Assembly (NCBI GenBank): GCA_964016885.1 | Contig: OZ024753.1 | Coordinates: forward strand, 38,440,001 to 38,504,000 | From: Eledone cirrhosa | Taxonomy: Eukaryota | DNA length: 64,000 bases | Direction: 5' to 3' | Shown here: positions 14,516-28,544 of the stretch, piece after piece | Layout: every line of letters begins with the position of its first letter | Numbering within the stretch: the first letter of the stretch is position 1 | Position numbers and translations under genes: made by a program | The notes under the pieces: model-generated | Database searches by the model: none | Told to the model about the DNA's origin: nothing | What the model saw: the letters and a program-made list of their open reading frames with translations, nothing else

Positions 14516-15100
14516 ATATGTATATATATATATACAACTCACAACTACGAAAATATGATTGAACCCCCCCCCCCAAAAAAAAAAAAACAACAACAACAAA
14601 CAAACAACAAAAAACAACAAATCCTCACAAAAAAACTTAAAAACAAAATGGCGGAAAAAAATTAGACATATACAACTGCTAAAAGATATATATAAAGGTA
14701 ACTACTAGAAAGATCATTTGTTATATTCAGGATTTCGATGAGCAAGGAATAAAAAAAATTAGAAAAATATACAAAATAGTAAACAGAAAACATAATAAAA
14801 TAATGGAGGAATCTAAATCTCGTTAGTGTTGCGTTTCTCATGACTTGTTACAGACACATCAAAGACTGGATTTAATGTCGCTTATAGCATTTAGCTTTAC
14901 ACACCACTTAACTAAATTGCCTACTCACAGCTTTAGTAATGATTCTCTAACTAAGGTGCACCGCAAGGCGAATGAGGATGAGGATGAGGAGGTGGAGGAG
15001 AGCGGGACGAGGATGAAGAGGAAAAGGAAGAGGAGAAGGAGGAGGTGAAGGATGTGGAAGATGGCAGGGAAGTATAAAAGTCGGGGTTGAATAGGTGGTA

Positions 15101-15386
<286 letters not shown>

Positions 15387-15441
15387 CATATATATATATA
15401 CATATATATATATATACATATATATATATACATATATATAC

Positions 15442-15502
<61 letters not shown>

Positions 15503-15507
15503 TATAC

Positions 15508-15552
<45 letters not shown>

Positions 15553-15562
15553 CATATATATT

Positions 15563-15638
<76 letters not shown>

Positions 15639-15678
15639 TATATACATATATATTTATATATATATACATATACATTTT

Positions 15679-15709
<31 letters not shown>

Positions 15710-15720
15710 GTATATATATG

Positions 15721-15755
<35 letters not shown>

Positions 15756-16202
15756 ATATATATATAATACATATACACTCACACACATGCACACTCACAT
15801 GTACACACACATGTACACACATGTCCACACACATACAGACTCACACGTACACACATACACGTACACACATACACGTACACACACATACACACATATACAA
15901 ACACACACACATACAAGCAAACACACAAACACAGACACATATATTATATATATATATACATATACAATATAATTGTATTAATATATATATATATATATAT
16001 AATATAATTGTATTAATATATATATATACATATATATAAAATATGGGTAATATTATATATATATTTATATATGTATATATAAACATATATATATATATGA
16101 AAATATATTAGCCAAAATGCAGACATCTATCAGAAATAGTTGATATCGATACAGTTGTTAAATAATAGATGATTATGTCGGGGAAAATACTCATAGAGAC
16201 GG

Positions 16203-16302
16203 AAAAAGTATTGGCAGAGGCAGCTACGGGAATCGAACCATGCATCTGCCATATAACTGACGACGGGATTGAATCATTACACTATATCACTTGCCACCAA
16301 TA
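16203..16302 (-). ncRNA. tRNA-derived / Pol III-type small RNA unit
   Basis: Minus strand has B box ggttcgattcc (16229-16239), A-box-like tatagtgtaatg, pairing ends tattggtggca / tgcc..gccaata and a T5 terminator; no clean cloverleaf. Confidence 0.45.
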
Positions 16303-16520
16303 ACAGCTACCATGACTGTATGTATACATAATATCGATTGACTATATATACAGGTATATATGTGCGTTATACGAAACCATACACATACCTACGTGTGTAG
16401 GTGTTTGCTTGAGAATAAACGCATATATAAATATATGCAAATGAGGGTGAATAAGTGAAGGGAAGATACCAAAATTGAGTCAGTGAAAGTAAAAGGAATA
16501 TCTCCTTGATTATATAAACA

Positions 16521-16615
<95 letters not shown>

Positions 16616-17045
16616 GTTTATATATATATATATATGCATGTTTATATATATATATATATAGACACATATATATCTGTATATAGATATATTATATCATATT
16701 ATATATATTATATTATATCACATATCATATATATCATATTATAATATATTATATATATTACATTATATCCTTATATTATATACATCATATATTTCATGCG
16801 GTAATATTACTCTATCTTACAAATATATTACTCTATCTTCACAAAAGAAGTAGATATTTCTTTCATCTTTTCCTCAATTTCTCATTCTTTCATTCTTTTA
16901 CTATATCTCTCTCTGAACCCATCCTCCCTCTTTCCTATACTTCCTTCACTTTCTTCTTTTCTTTCTTTTCCTTCAACCATTTTCAGTCCTGAATTATAAA
17001 TTATAACGAACGAAGTGTTAAACAGGGGTTGATTATTCGAGTTAG

Positions 17046-17156
<111 letters not shown>

Positions 17157-17171
17157 TGTATGTATATATAT

Positions 17172-17226
<55 letters not shown>

Positions 17227-17336
17227 CATACATATATATATATATATATGTATGTATATATATATGTATGTGTATGTATATATATATATGTATATGTATG
17301 TATATATATATGTATGTATATATATATATATATATG

Positions 17337-17432
<96 letters not shown>

Positions 17433-18574
17433 TATATGAATAAATATATATATATATGTATATATATATATGTGTGTGTGTGTGTGTGCGCGCGGCGCGT
17501 GTGTGTATGCCGTCCGTCCCTTAGTTCTTTATCTCTTCCATACTTCTGTTCAGTAATGTGAAAGTTATGTTAGTTACTAATGGTCGAGATGCATGTAGGC
17601 TGTGTGAGAGATATGTTGGCAGATGACAGGAGAACAATTATGTAATGCTGAAACAAACCTGCCGTTTGATAATATCAAATAAACTGCTTTCCTTTAATGA
17701 TTTGCTAATGATCAGTGAGTGTGTGTGTGTGTTAGCGAGAGAAAGGGAGAGAGAGACTGGGAGAAACGGTGTTGGTTTGTAGGCAAAACGAGGAGTCGAC
17801 GTTTCGTATTCAGCTGATGGTTGCAGTATAGTTCTCTTGTACAACAAAGATATTTTATTCCTAGTTGCTCAGTCTCTCTAGCCGTACAAAGAGACAAGAC
17901 TGACTTTATAATTGAAGACTATGTTATGTCATTCTCAGTGTTTATTTTAAGGTCATATTAGAATTGCACAAATCTTTGAGGCATTTGCTATAATCCAGTG
18001 TTTGATATTATCTGAGTCTAAGAAGCATTTGAAATGTGAGGCCTATTTTAAATATTTTATCTTAAACCATCGTTTACTATCTACATGCAAGTAATATTTG
18101 ACACAAAATGTAAACCTATTACACAAAATTAGAATTAAATCTTCAAATTTTCACAAAATTAAATTTGGACCTTCATCAGCAGGGGCAAACTCAACAGGGG
18201 AGAGTTTGCCAGGGAAGAACGGGTCTAGAAGATTTTAACTCTGTTTTACTAATATGTCTGAAAAAATTTTTGAATAAATTTTTGAATTTATGGAACAAAG
18301 TGCACCAGCATATTTTTACTTTTTCAAAAAATACAGCGTGAGTAAAAAAAAAAAGTTTGGGGTGGACCCACTGCTCTAGCCACTAAGCCACGTGGCTTCG
18401 TTACAATAAATCACAACAACGCCTTTGGTAAATAATTACATTGTACGACGACAATGATAGTTGAGTTTTCCTTAGAAACAAACTATCATTGTTTGAAATT
18501 CTTCTGTTCAACTCATTGGCCTCGCTTTCATTTGTTTCATCCATTCACATTCTGGAAACTTCAAGACATGAAGA

Positions 18575-18855
18575 AAAATATAACAAAATATTATAGAAAA
18601 AATATAACAAAAAATTATATAAAAATATAACAAAAAATTATATAAAAAATATAACAAAAAATTATATAAAAATATAACAAAAATTATATAAAAAATATAA
18701 CAAAAAATTATATAAAAAATATAGCAAAAAAATATACAAAAAATATAACAAAAAATATACAAAAATATAACAAAACATCATACAAAAATATAACAAAATA
18801 TATACAAAAATATAACAAAAATTATACAAAAATATAACAAACAATTATACAAAAA
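18575..18855. repeat. Minisatellite of about 22-23 bp (aaaatataacaaaaaattatata)
   Basis: About 12 tandem imperfect units. Confidence 0.9.
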
Positions 18856-19395
18856 AAATCACAAAAAATCAAGATATAAATAAATAAAAATAAAATAAAA
18901 TAAAATAAAAATCAATTAAAATAAAATTAAATAAAAATATAAATAAAATAGAATTAAAATAAAATAAAAATAAAATAAAATAAAAAATAAAATGAAAATA
19001 AATGATAAAATAGTAAAATTAAACAACATCTAAAATAAAATAAACCAATTCTAAAATATAAAATATAAATACAAAATAAAAAGGAAAAATATATAAAAAC
19101 AACCGCCCCCACACAAAACAAACAAAAACATGTATATATGATATATATATATATGATATATGATATATATATATGATATATGATATATATATATATGTAT
19201 ATACGATATATGATATATATATATATGAACCATTTTAAAGAATATCAACATTTATGATAGCTTGACCATAACTGTTGTTGACGAACAATAACGACATATA
19301 TTTGTATTGTTATTGTTGTTATTGTTGTTGTTGATGTTGTTGGTGTTGTTGTTGATATTGTTGTTGTTGTTGTTGTTGATATTGTTGTTGTTGAT

Positions 19396-19426
<31 letters not shown>

Positions 19427-20543
19427 ATATTGTTGCTGTTGTTGTTGATGATGTTGCTGCTGTATTGTTGTTGTTGTTGTTGTTGTTGTTGATATTGTTG
19501 CTGTTGTTGTTGATGATGTTGCTGCTGTATTGTTGAGAGACAAATGTTTTAAGGTGAGCTATATTTGCCGAAAACACACACAAACAGGCACCCTCAAACG
19601 CACACACATACGCACACACAGGCACCCTCAAACGCAAACACATACACACAGCAGGCACCCTCAAACACACACACACATACAAACCGGCGCCTGAAAACCA
19701 GGCACACCCACCCAACACACACACACACACATAACAAAAAACAAAACTAAAACAAAACAGTTAAACAAATAGAGAACCAATTGTCAAATCTGAGCCCTTC
19801 CCGGCCTCTTCCTGACCCCTTCCTAGCCTCAACCTGGCCCCCATCATAGTTTACCTCCTTTCACATCAGTCCTTGACTTAACTGCTGTTTGAAAAGGTGG
19901 TCGTGCCGTAGATGTGCGTTGTTTTGGCGAGACTTAACGATATTTTACAAAATGGCGGCGTGAAAGAAAGATTTGTCGTCTGACATTGGAAGCAATATAA
20001 ATACAGAGCCAAGCAGACGATTTAATGCAGAAAATAATGAACTTTGACCTTCTGGTCATTAAAAGTCGTTGACCCTAAAACATGTCTGACATGCTTGCTG
20101 TTTGTAGGTTGAAACAATTTGTTGTGGTGTGTGTGTGTTTGTATGAGTGTGTGTGTGTGTGTTTGTGAGTGTGTGTGTGTATGTATGTGTGTGTGTGTGT
20201 ATGAGTGTGTATGTGTTTGTTTGTGTAAAACTATTACTGTGTGTTTCTCTGTGTTTATTTGTATGTGTATGTTTGCATCTGTATGTGTGTATATATGTGT
20301 ATGTGTGTGTATGTCTGTTTGTATGTATAAGTGTATGTGTATGTATATATACGTGTAGGTGTGTTTTTGCGTGTATTTGTGGCTGTATAAATGAAGTGTG
20401 TGTAATTGTATGTTTGTATGTGTGATTTTTAGAACGGAGAAAACGTGAGTGATAGAAAGAGAGAAGAGAGAAGAGTGAAGGGAAGGATATGCTGGAAAGT
20501 TGGTAAAGTTTGTATAAAGAAATACAGAAAGAAAGAGGGACTG

Positions 20544-20597
<54 letters not shown>

Positions 20598-20702
20598 TGA
20601 GAGATATCAGACTAGAGAGAGAGAGAGAAATAGAGATAATTAGATATATAGATAGAAAGATAAGAGGAGAGAGAAGGAAAGAGATAGATAGATACTGGGA
20701 CG

Positions 20703-20808
<106 letters not shown>

Positions 20809-20856
20809 GAATAGACATAGATAGTAAGATGGAAATAGAGAGAGAGATAATGAAAA

Positions 20857-20889
<33 letters not shown>

Positions 20890-21296
20890 AGAGAGAGAGA
20901 GAGGGAGAGAGAGAGAGAGAGAGAGAGAAAGAGGTAGAGAGGAAGGATCCTACATTCCTGAAAACTCATTTGCATATTCTAAATCGATTCCTCGTTCCCT
21001 CAGGCAACTCATTAAATTGATAGCACCTCATTGCCAGCAAAAGTTTGCAATCTTCTCGCATGTTCTCGCATGTAAGGTCAGCAAAAACGAGATTTCTCGA
21101 TAGAAAGGGAAGAAAACGCAGGTAGAAAAAGCGTGAGAAAGAGAGAGAAATAAATAGATAGAGTAGAGAGTAAGCTTGAGAAAGAGAGACACTGAGAGAT
21201 AATAAAATAGATTGATAGATAGATAGAGAAAGTTTGAGAGAAAGAGAGAGAGATAAATAAATAGATGAAGAAGGCGTGAGAAAGAGAGACACAGAG

Positions 21297-21354
<58 letters not shown>

Positions 21355-21454
21355 GGAGAGAGAGGGACAATGCGTGAGAAAGAGCCAGAAGGGAACATTG
21401 ATAAATAGATAGATAGATAGATAGAGAGATAGATAGATAGAGAGATAGATAGAT

Positions 21455-21526
<72 letters not shown>

Positions 21527-21653
21527 AACATAGACAGAGAAAACAGGAGAAAGAGAGAGGGAGAGAAAGAGATGGAGAGAAAGGATGAGAGAGAGAGAGG
21601 GAGAGAGAATGCGTGAGAAAGAGCCAGAAGGGAAAATTGATAAATAGATAGAT

Positions 21654-21729
21654 ATGTTTCTTTATTAGCCACAGGGGCTCAAAAGAAGGGGACGAAATGT
21701 CTCCCTCTATTGGGGAAAATAGATTAATT
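21654..21729 (-). mobile_element. Tx1/L1-like LINE 3' terminus with internal inversion
   Basis: First about 40 nt match 21768 onward; the remainder is the reverse complement of about 21875-21910. Confidence 0.7.
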
Positions 21730-21767
21730 GATAAATAAATATGTTTCTAATTGATAAATAGATAGAT

Positions 21768-22388
21768 ATGTTTCTTTATTAGCCACAGGGGCACAAAAGA
21801 AGGGGACAAATACAAAGGGGGAAGTTTACATACAATAAAAACGTGTAAAATGTTATCACAAATGCAATTTAAAAAGTTAGTCGATTTTCTCCAATAGGGG
21901 GAGACATTTCATATGGGTAACACATACCCCCCCAAAAATGTGCAACCCTCATCTCCAGGAGTACGAAGAGTTTGTACTCCTTTCCTCTCCTTCTCCTTTT
22001 CCTCAACCTACAGGCTGATATAGAGAGAAGGCCCATTCACTCGGGCCATTCTTGCCACTTTCACCCACCTTTTATAAAACTTGCTGGGGTACAGCACTCT
22101 CTCTCCATCCTGATTCTTCTTCTTAAGTGGTATTTGAAAAAAAGAATCAGTTGTTGGCCGGAGAGAAAGGTGTCTGACCTCAGCCCTTTCAACCTTGTCC
22201 ACCATACAACCTCTTTCGCCATAGTTATCACACAAAGGAAAACCGCCTCTCCTTCGTTTTTGAAGGAGGGTGGCGGTTTGATCATGACAATGGACTCGGT
22301 GGTCAACTGGATTGGTCCCACCCGCGACAATAGTCGTTCTACATAGCCCCACAGGTCAGTGACGCCCGGGCAGTGTATGAATGCGTGC

Positions 22389-22389
<1 letters not shown>
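21768..22389 (-). mobile_element. 5'-truncated Tx1/L1-clade LINE (ORF2 C-terminus plus 3' UTR) in (TATC)n
   Basis: Minus-strand translation HAFIHCPGVTDLWGYVERLL...MAKEVVWWTRL resembles the L1/Tx1 C-terminal H-x4-CP..W and W..R motifs; frameshift near 22090; AATAAA then (TATC)n tail. Confidence 0.75.
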
Positions 22390-22432
<43 letters not shown>

Positions 22433-22433
<1 letters not shown>

Positions 22434-22568
22434 TGTTTCTTTATTAGCCACAGGGGCACAAAAGAAGGGGACAAATACAAAGGGGGAAGTTTACATACAA
22501 TAAAAACGTGTAAAATGTTATCACAAATGCAATTTAAAAAATTAGTCGATTTTCCCCAATAGGGGGAG
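22433..22568 (-). mobile_element. Third 3'-terminal fragment of the same LINE
   Basis: Near identical to 21768-21903; flanked by (GATA)n on both sides. Confidence 0.85.
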
Positions 22569-22916
22569 ATAGATAGATAGATAGATAGATAGAAAAAAGG
22601 CGAGAAAGAAACACGCACTGAGAAAAGAACGTGAGATAGATAGAGATAGATAGAAATCGTGAGAAAGAAAGACACATAGAGGAAACGTGTGTGTGTGAGT
22701 GTGTGTGTGTAGGGGGGGGGGAGAGGGTGAGAGAGAGAGAGTAAGGAAATAGGTGATAGGTTAAAAGAGGAAATGAAGTTGTGCAAATAAGAGAGGAAGG
22801 GAGCAACTGGGCATGCGTTGATTGATCAATAACAGGGCAATACTTTACAAGTGTTTCACTACATTTACTATGTTGTTTTACTGACGAGGCTGTATAGAGG
22901 GATACCATGTGACAGG

Positions 22917-23085
<169 letters not shown>

Positions 23086-23144
23086 TATTAGATGCACACA
23101 GACATAGACACAGATATATATATAGAAAGTGAGGGAAGAACAAC

Positions 23145-23186
<42 letters not shown>

Positions 23187-23236
23187 GTACATATATATAT
23201 ATATATATATACACACACGTACATATATATATATAC

Positions 23237-23267
<31 letters not shown>

Positions 23268-23270
23268 CAT

Positions 23271-23309
<39 letters not shown>

Positions 23310-23434
23310 AATATACATAGATGTTTATACGTATATATGTATGTATATATATTTATTTATATTCATGTATAAACATGAATACAAACATACATACACACAT
23401 ACACGCGTATAAGAAAACGTATATAAATAAATAA

Positions 23435-23586
<152 letters not shown>

Positions 23587-24183
23587 CAGAAATAGATTAT
23601 AGGAAGGAAAGATGGGTGAGGTATAGGGTGAAGACAAACGAAGACAGAAGCCATCAGTTATGTCACTTTGGAGGTAAAGGGATTATAGAAAAATGGAGAG
23701 TGTGGTAAAAAGGGGAGATAATTGAGTTAAACCTGGGCAAAGGGCAGGCTGAACAGAAATAAATATAGCTTCTTAGAACAACAGGGCTTTCGCAGATCTA
23801 CTATGTATATATATAGAACACAATATACACATATAGGGTACAGTGTATATACATACATATTACATATATATAACACAATACTTGCTTGCACACATGTATA
23901 TACAGACACACATATATACATGTATACATACATACATATATACATAGATATAGCACTGTACATACATATATACACATGCATATATAAATATATATATACA
24001 CACACACACACACATATATATATACATATATATACATACATACATACACACATACATTTACCCCAAATAGCTAACTGAACACACACACAAATGCTTTTTT
24101 TTTTTACAAAAAACATTCCGTCCGCTCTTTCTCGTCTCACTATCCTCTATCTTTCTATTTCTTTTTCTTTTATTTCTCAATCT

Positions 24184-24222
24184 ATCCTCTGATGAATGAC
24201 TAGCGTCCGAAACGTGAATGTT
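24184..24222 (+). ncRNA. Minimal hammerhead motif, decayed (same family as 36601-36636)
   Basis: CTGATGA a tgac tagc gtcc GAAA cgtga. Confidence 0.5.
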
Positions 24223-24409
24223 CTTATCCTACTATATCAAACGTTAAACTAATATATATCTTAATTGTACTGTATTGTTTTTCTCTGTCGTTTTCCGTTT
24301 ACATTTCGCATACATATACATACATACATCTATAGGCACATAGACCCACGCGTACATACACACAGACAATGCTTTGCATTTCATACCACCAACGAACATA
24401 CTCCCACCC

Positions 24410-24465
<56 letters not shown>

Positions 24466-24470
24466 GTCTA

Positions 24471-24513
<43 letters not shown>

Positions 24514-24622
24514 ATATCTTTACTATATACTCCGATGATTCCAGCCTTGTGCTAGGATGAAACGATTGCAAGTGATTAAATGTTCTAAAAACTCTTTGAT
24601 TGTTGTTTATAAAGTATTTCGG

Positions 24623-24687
<65 letters not shown>

Positions 24688-25062
24688 AATAAGGCCGACC
24701 GAACTAGAAGCTGCTAAATGTATGGCCGCCTTCTTGTCACTCTGCCTTTTCAGCCCCATGGATTATATTCATTTGTTAAATTTCGAATGATGTCACTGGA
24801 TTCATACTGAACCCGGTCATTGAAATGTTCATTGAAAAACGAGGTGCAACAGAAATGAAACATGGATTACAGCTTAAAATATAGTCTAGATAGATGAGAA
24901 ACAAAACGATGATGTAGTTTATGAAACACCCAAATGATTTAGAAGTCGACCTTAAGTAGGAGCAATAACATTAAGAAAGACATGAACGACACCACAACAT
25001 TTTGTTTTGAAAATTTTGAAAGTAGGTTTATAAGTATGAATTTTCATAAGACTTTCGTATTT

Positions 25063-25150
25063 GTCTCTGTGGCCTAGCGGTAGATACTAGAGACGGTGGA
25101 GATCCTTGTCTTGGGTTCAATCCTGGTCGAGAGATGCATGTAGTCATTTT
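25063..25150 (+). ncRNA. tRNA-like Pol III unit A
   Basis: A box tggcctagcgg, B-box-like ggttcaatcc, then TTTT. Confidence 0.45.
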
Positions 25151-25185
25151 CAGTTTTTATTTTACATCCCATAGAAAAGAAACTG

Positions 25186-25278
25186 AAAAGGTCTACCGGG
25201 AACCCTACTCCCGACCAGGATGGAACTTCAAAGCAGATTCACCAACCCCTATGATTTCTCCAACTAGGCCGCCGAGAC
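25186..25278 (-). ncRNA. tRNA-like Pol III unit B (paralogue of A)
   Basis: Minus strand gtctcggcggcctagttgg...agttccatcctgg...gtagacc TTTT. Confidence 0.4.
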
Positions 25279-25469
25279 AGCTACAAAATTATCATGAAAA
25301 TTAATAATTATAAACTAAAGTTAAAAAGTCGTTTTGTCGTTCATGGCTTTCCAAGAGCTATTAGTCATATTTAGAGTCGACTTGTCAATTTTCTGGCCCT
25401 TTGGTAACGACCTATGTGTTTTTAACTGTTGAATGTTGAATTAATTTAATTTTATTATTTTAAGAAACA

Positions 25470-25547
<78 letters not shown>

Positions 25548-25576
25548 CTCATATACACACACTCCCATATATATAT

Positions 25577-25680
25577 GGCATAAATTCAGGCTGTTCAGTT
25601 TGTTTACAAACGAACAAAGCGGGCGCTATAATAAGCGTCCGCTAAACTGATACGTACATATATGTATGTGTACCTGTATG

Positions 25681-25734
<54 letters not shown>

Positions 25735-26168
25735 TGCTACTGTACGTCTGTATACATATATGTATGTGCGTATACATACATACTTACATTTAAGTAAGTG
25801 CCGTACTAAGAGTGAGAAATGAAAATTCGTTTTCATTTTATTACAACTCATCGTTTTCGGTGCGCCTGACCGATTTAACTCACTCGATATGCAAATTAGG
25901 TTGCTCAGCCGTTAATTTTCACAAGGAAAGTATATACTTTCGAACGTTCAACCATCTGGCAGAAGGGTATACGGTGCTGATGATAGCTAACAAGCTTGAC
26001 ACTAGTACATCGTTCCTGTGTCAGTGTTGAACAAAAAGGTGACGTGGTTGCCTTAACACCGTACGGCATAAATTCAGGCTGTTCAGTTTGTTTACAAACG
26101 AACAAAGCGGGCGCTATAATAAGCGTCCGCTAAACTGATACGTACATATATGTATGTGTACCTGTATG

Positions 26169-26212
<44 letters not shown>

Positions 26213-26326
26213 TGCTACTGTACGTCTATATACATATATGTATGTACGTATACATACATACTTACATTTAAGTAAGTGCCGTACTAAGAGTGAGAAATGA
26301 AAATTCGTTTTCATTTTATTACAACT
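25577..26326 (+). mobile_element. Partial-tandem HHR-bearing element (unit about 488 nt, about 1.55 copies) in (TA)n
   Basis: 25577-25848 repeated at 26065-26326; HHR in the unique middle segment. Confidence 0.75.
25972..26012 (+). ncRNA. Type I hammerhead motif with one core substitution (GAAA to GACA)
   Basis: cggtg CTGATGA t agct aaca agct t GACA ctag TA catcg; 5-bp stem I, palindromic ACTAGT stem III. Confidence 0.65.
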
Positions 26327-26344
26327 ATATATATATATATATAT

Positions 26345-26499
26345 AACGAAGGAATTGTGGTAAGGAACCAGGTGGACCATAACGCACCAGAGTACTCAAT
26401 ACTTAGGGTAGTAGAGTGGGTAATAGGAAAAGGTATGACCCCGACGCCAGAAATAGCCGTCGAAACGGCTTGAGCTCTGCCGTCGGGGTCATACCCTTT

Positions 26500-26502
<3 letters not shown>
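26345..26502 (-). mobile_element. Fold-back half-hammerhead element, copy 1
   Basis: aacgaagg...gaccccgacg followed by an inverted segment tagccgtcgaaacggcttgagctctgccgtcggggtc; in (TA)n. Confidence 0.8.
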
Positions 26503-26555
<53 letters not shown>

Positions 26556-27171
26556 AAATAGGATATATATATATATATATATATATAAGAAATAGGATAT
26601 ATATATTATATACATATATAATGTACAGTGAGTACTGTAAACGATGTGTGTAGAATATTGCTACCACAATCACCATAGACTGACTATCTAATGTTCAGTA
26701 TTTATAGATCGTTTAGAAAATGGTATGATGTCCATTGATATTGTGAAGACGACGTATATATTAATAGCACATTTCTGATAAACGCCATTTTGATTTTGTT
26801 TTAAATTTCCTTTTTGTTTCATTGTCTCAGAACAACTTTATTTATTTATAAAAGAATAAAAGAGAAAAAACATACCTAAAACAAGAAAAATATATTATAT
26901 TTCCTGTAGTTCTATATTGTTGAACAAAGCAACGAAAACTGTAAGGGGAGACATGAAAAATCATAAAGGCTAAAGGTCGTATTTGGCTGCTATGCGTCTT
27001 AGAGTGTTGGTGTTTACATAGCAGCCGACAGTGTGTTGTCGACTGTCAAAACCAACAAGAATCAAGTTAACTTCGAGCATTTCTGAAAATTCCCGGAAGA
27101 TTTTGAATACATTATATTTTACAACTAAATGATGGATTCCTCAGCTCACATACCTGTCTAGAACTATTATG

Positions 27172-27400
27172 ATATATGCCTTTTCCACCAAGAATTTCAC
27201 GGAATACTTTCCACAGAAAGCTAAAGACTTCCACAGTCCCTCATTTGTGATAATTGATATGACTGAAATTAGTGATTAAAGTTGTGTATATATGCCTTTC
27301 CACTAAGAATTACACTGAAGACTTTCCACAGAAAGCCGAAGACTTCTACAGAACCTCATCTGCGATAATTAATATGACTGAAATTAGTGATCAAAGTTGT
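27172..27400. repeat. Tandem duplication of about 118 bp
   Basis: tatatgcc..ctttccacagaaagc..atatgactgaaattagtgat..aaagttgt occurs twice. Confidence 0.85.
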
Positions 27401-27558
27401 ATGGACAAGAAAGAAGTTACTAAGCTTTTAATTCGCTTTCAGTTCTTTGCTGAATCCATTTAATTTTACTTATAGCAAGGGTCCCCAAAGTTCATCCTCA
27501 TCCCCAACATCAACTCCGACATAGAATACTTACACCCCCTCATTCACCTTAAGCCTCC

Positions 27559-27618
<60 letters not shown>

Positions 27619-27999
27619 GGTTATTTATCAAAGATCAGTCCACAACCGGGTATAGCCGCCATCAAGGGAAATAACATCAAATCTCTCCGTGAAGTTCTTT
27701 TATTCACTCGGCAGTCCAGACATGGTGGAAGGAGTGCTGCGTGCATGCGTGCAAGATTGTCACGTGTGTCTTCCGTGTTTTTGTCTCGTACGGGTCACGT
27801 GCTTAAGCTAATTCATGTATGTATATCAATATTATGTGGGTCATAATATAAAGTTTATAGTACTGGTGGCGTGTTCCGTGACCAACAGTCAACTAACATA
27901 ACCAGTATGTTACGTGCTTCCAAACCTTTCTCTGTAATTTTGTGAAAGAGTTTTAAGCTATCAAATATGAACAAAATTTCTTTTTTTCTTTAGCCTCTT

Positions 28000-28530
28000 T
28001 GCCATCATATTCTAATGAAAACCGCTGTCTGTAATTTTCAAATAATGTTGAAAATAATCAAGAACTGAAAAGGATTTAATAATATAACTAACTTTCTTCT
28101 TATTAAGCTGGTGTTTAGAACATAATTTAATAAAGGTGCTTGAATGAAATTATGATGGAAGGTTTTCAGATATATATAAACAGTTTAATTATTTCCTAAC
28201 GTTTCTAAGACATTGACGATAGCTTTCAAATAATTTTGAAAATAATCAAGAATTTTGACGGATATAGTAATAATTAGTTTTCTCATTATAAACTATTGTT
28301 TGGAACATAACTTAAATATTCTTACGTAAAATTATGATGGAAGGTTTTTAGATAAATACCTCGCTGTTGCCATACTTCTAATGAAAGACATTGCTTATGA
28401 TTTCCAAATAATTTTGAAAATAATAAAGAATATGGAAGGATATAGCTAATTTTCTCATTATGAAGTTGGTGTTTGGAACATAACTTAACAAAGATTATTA
28501 CATGAAATTATGATGGGAGGTTTTTGATAA
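28000..28530. repeat. Three diverged tandem units of about 175 bp
   Basis: caaataat..tgaaaataat..aagaa, ggtgttt(a/g)gaacataa and aaattatgatgg(a/g)aggtttt each recur three times. Confidence 0.85.
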
Positions 28531-28544
28531 ATAAATCTGAGAGG

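Larger units (their letters stand above)
24937..25390. repeat. Diverged inverted duplication carrying two convergent tRNA-like units
   Basis: Both arms share aagtcgac..gaaag(a/c)catgaacgaca..tttataa..aattttcat..tgtctc..ggcctag..atcctggtcg..ttttcagttt. Confidence 0.75.

Noticed and set aside
17793-17820. cgaaacgtcgac (minus strand), like a PLE hammerhead 3' half
   Set aside because: No matching CUGANGA, stem II or stem I 5' strand
26984-27029. ggctgctatg/catagcagcc hairpin as a pre-miRNA
   Set aside because: Only about 10-12 bp of stem with a large loop; no recognised mature sequence
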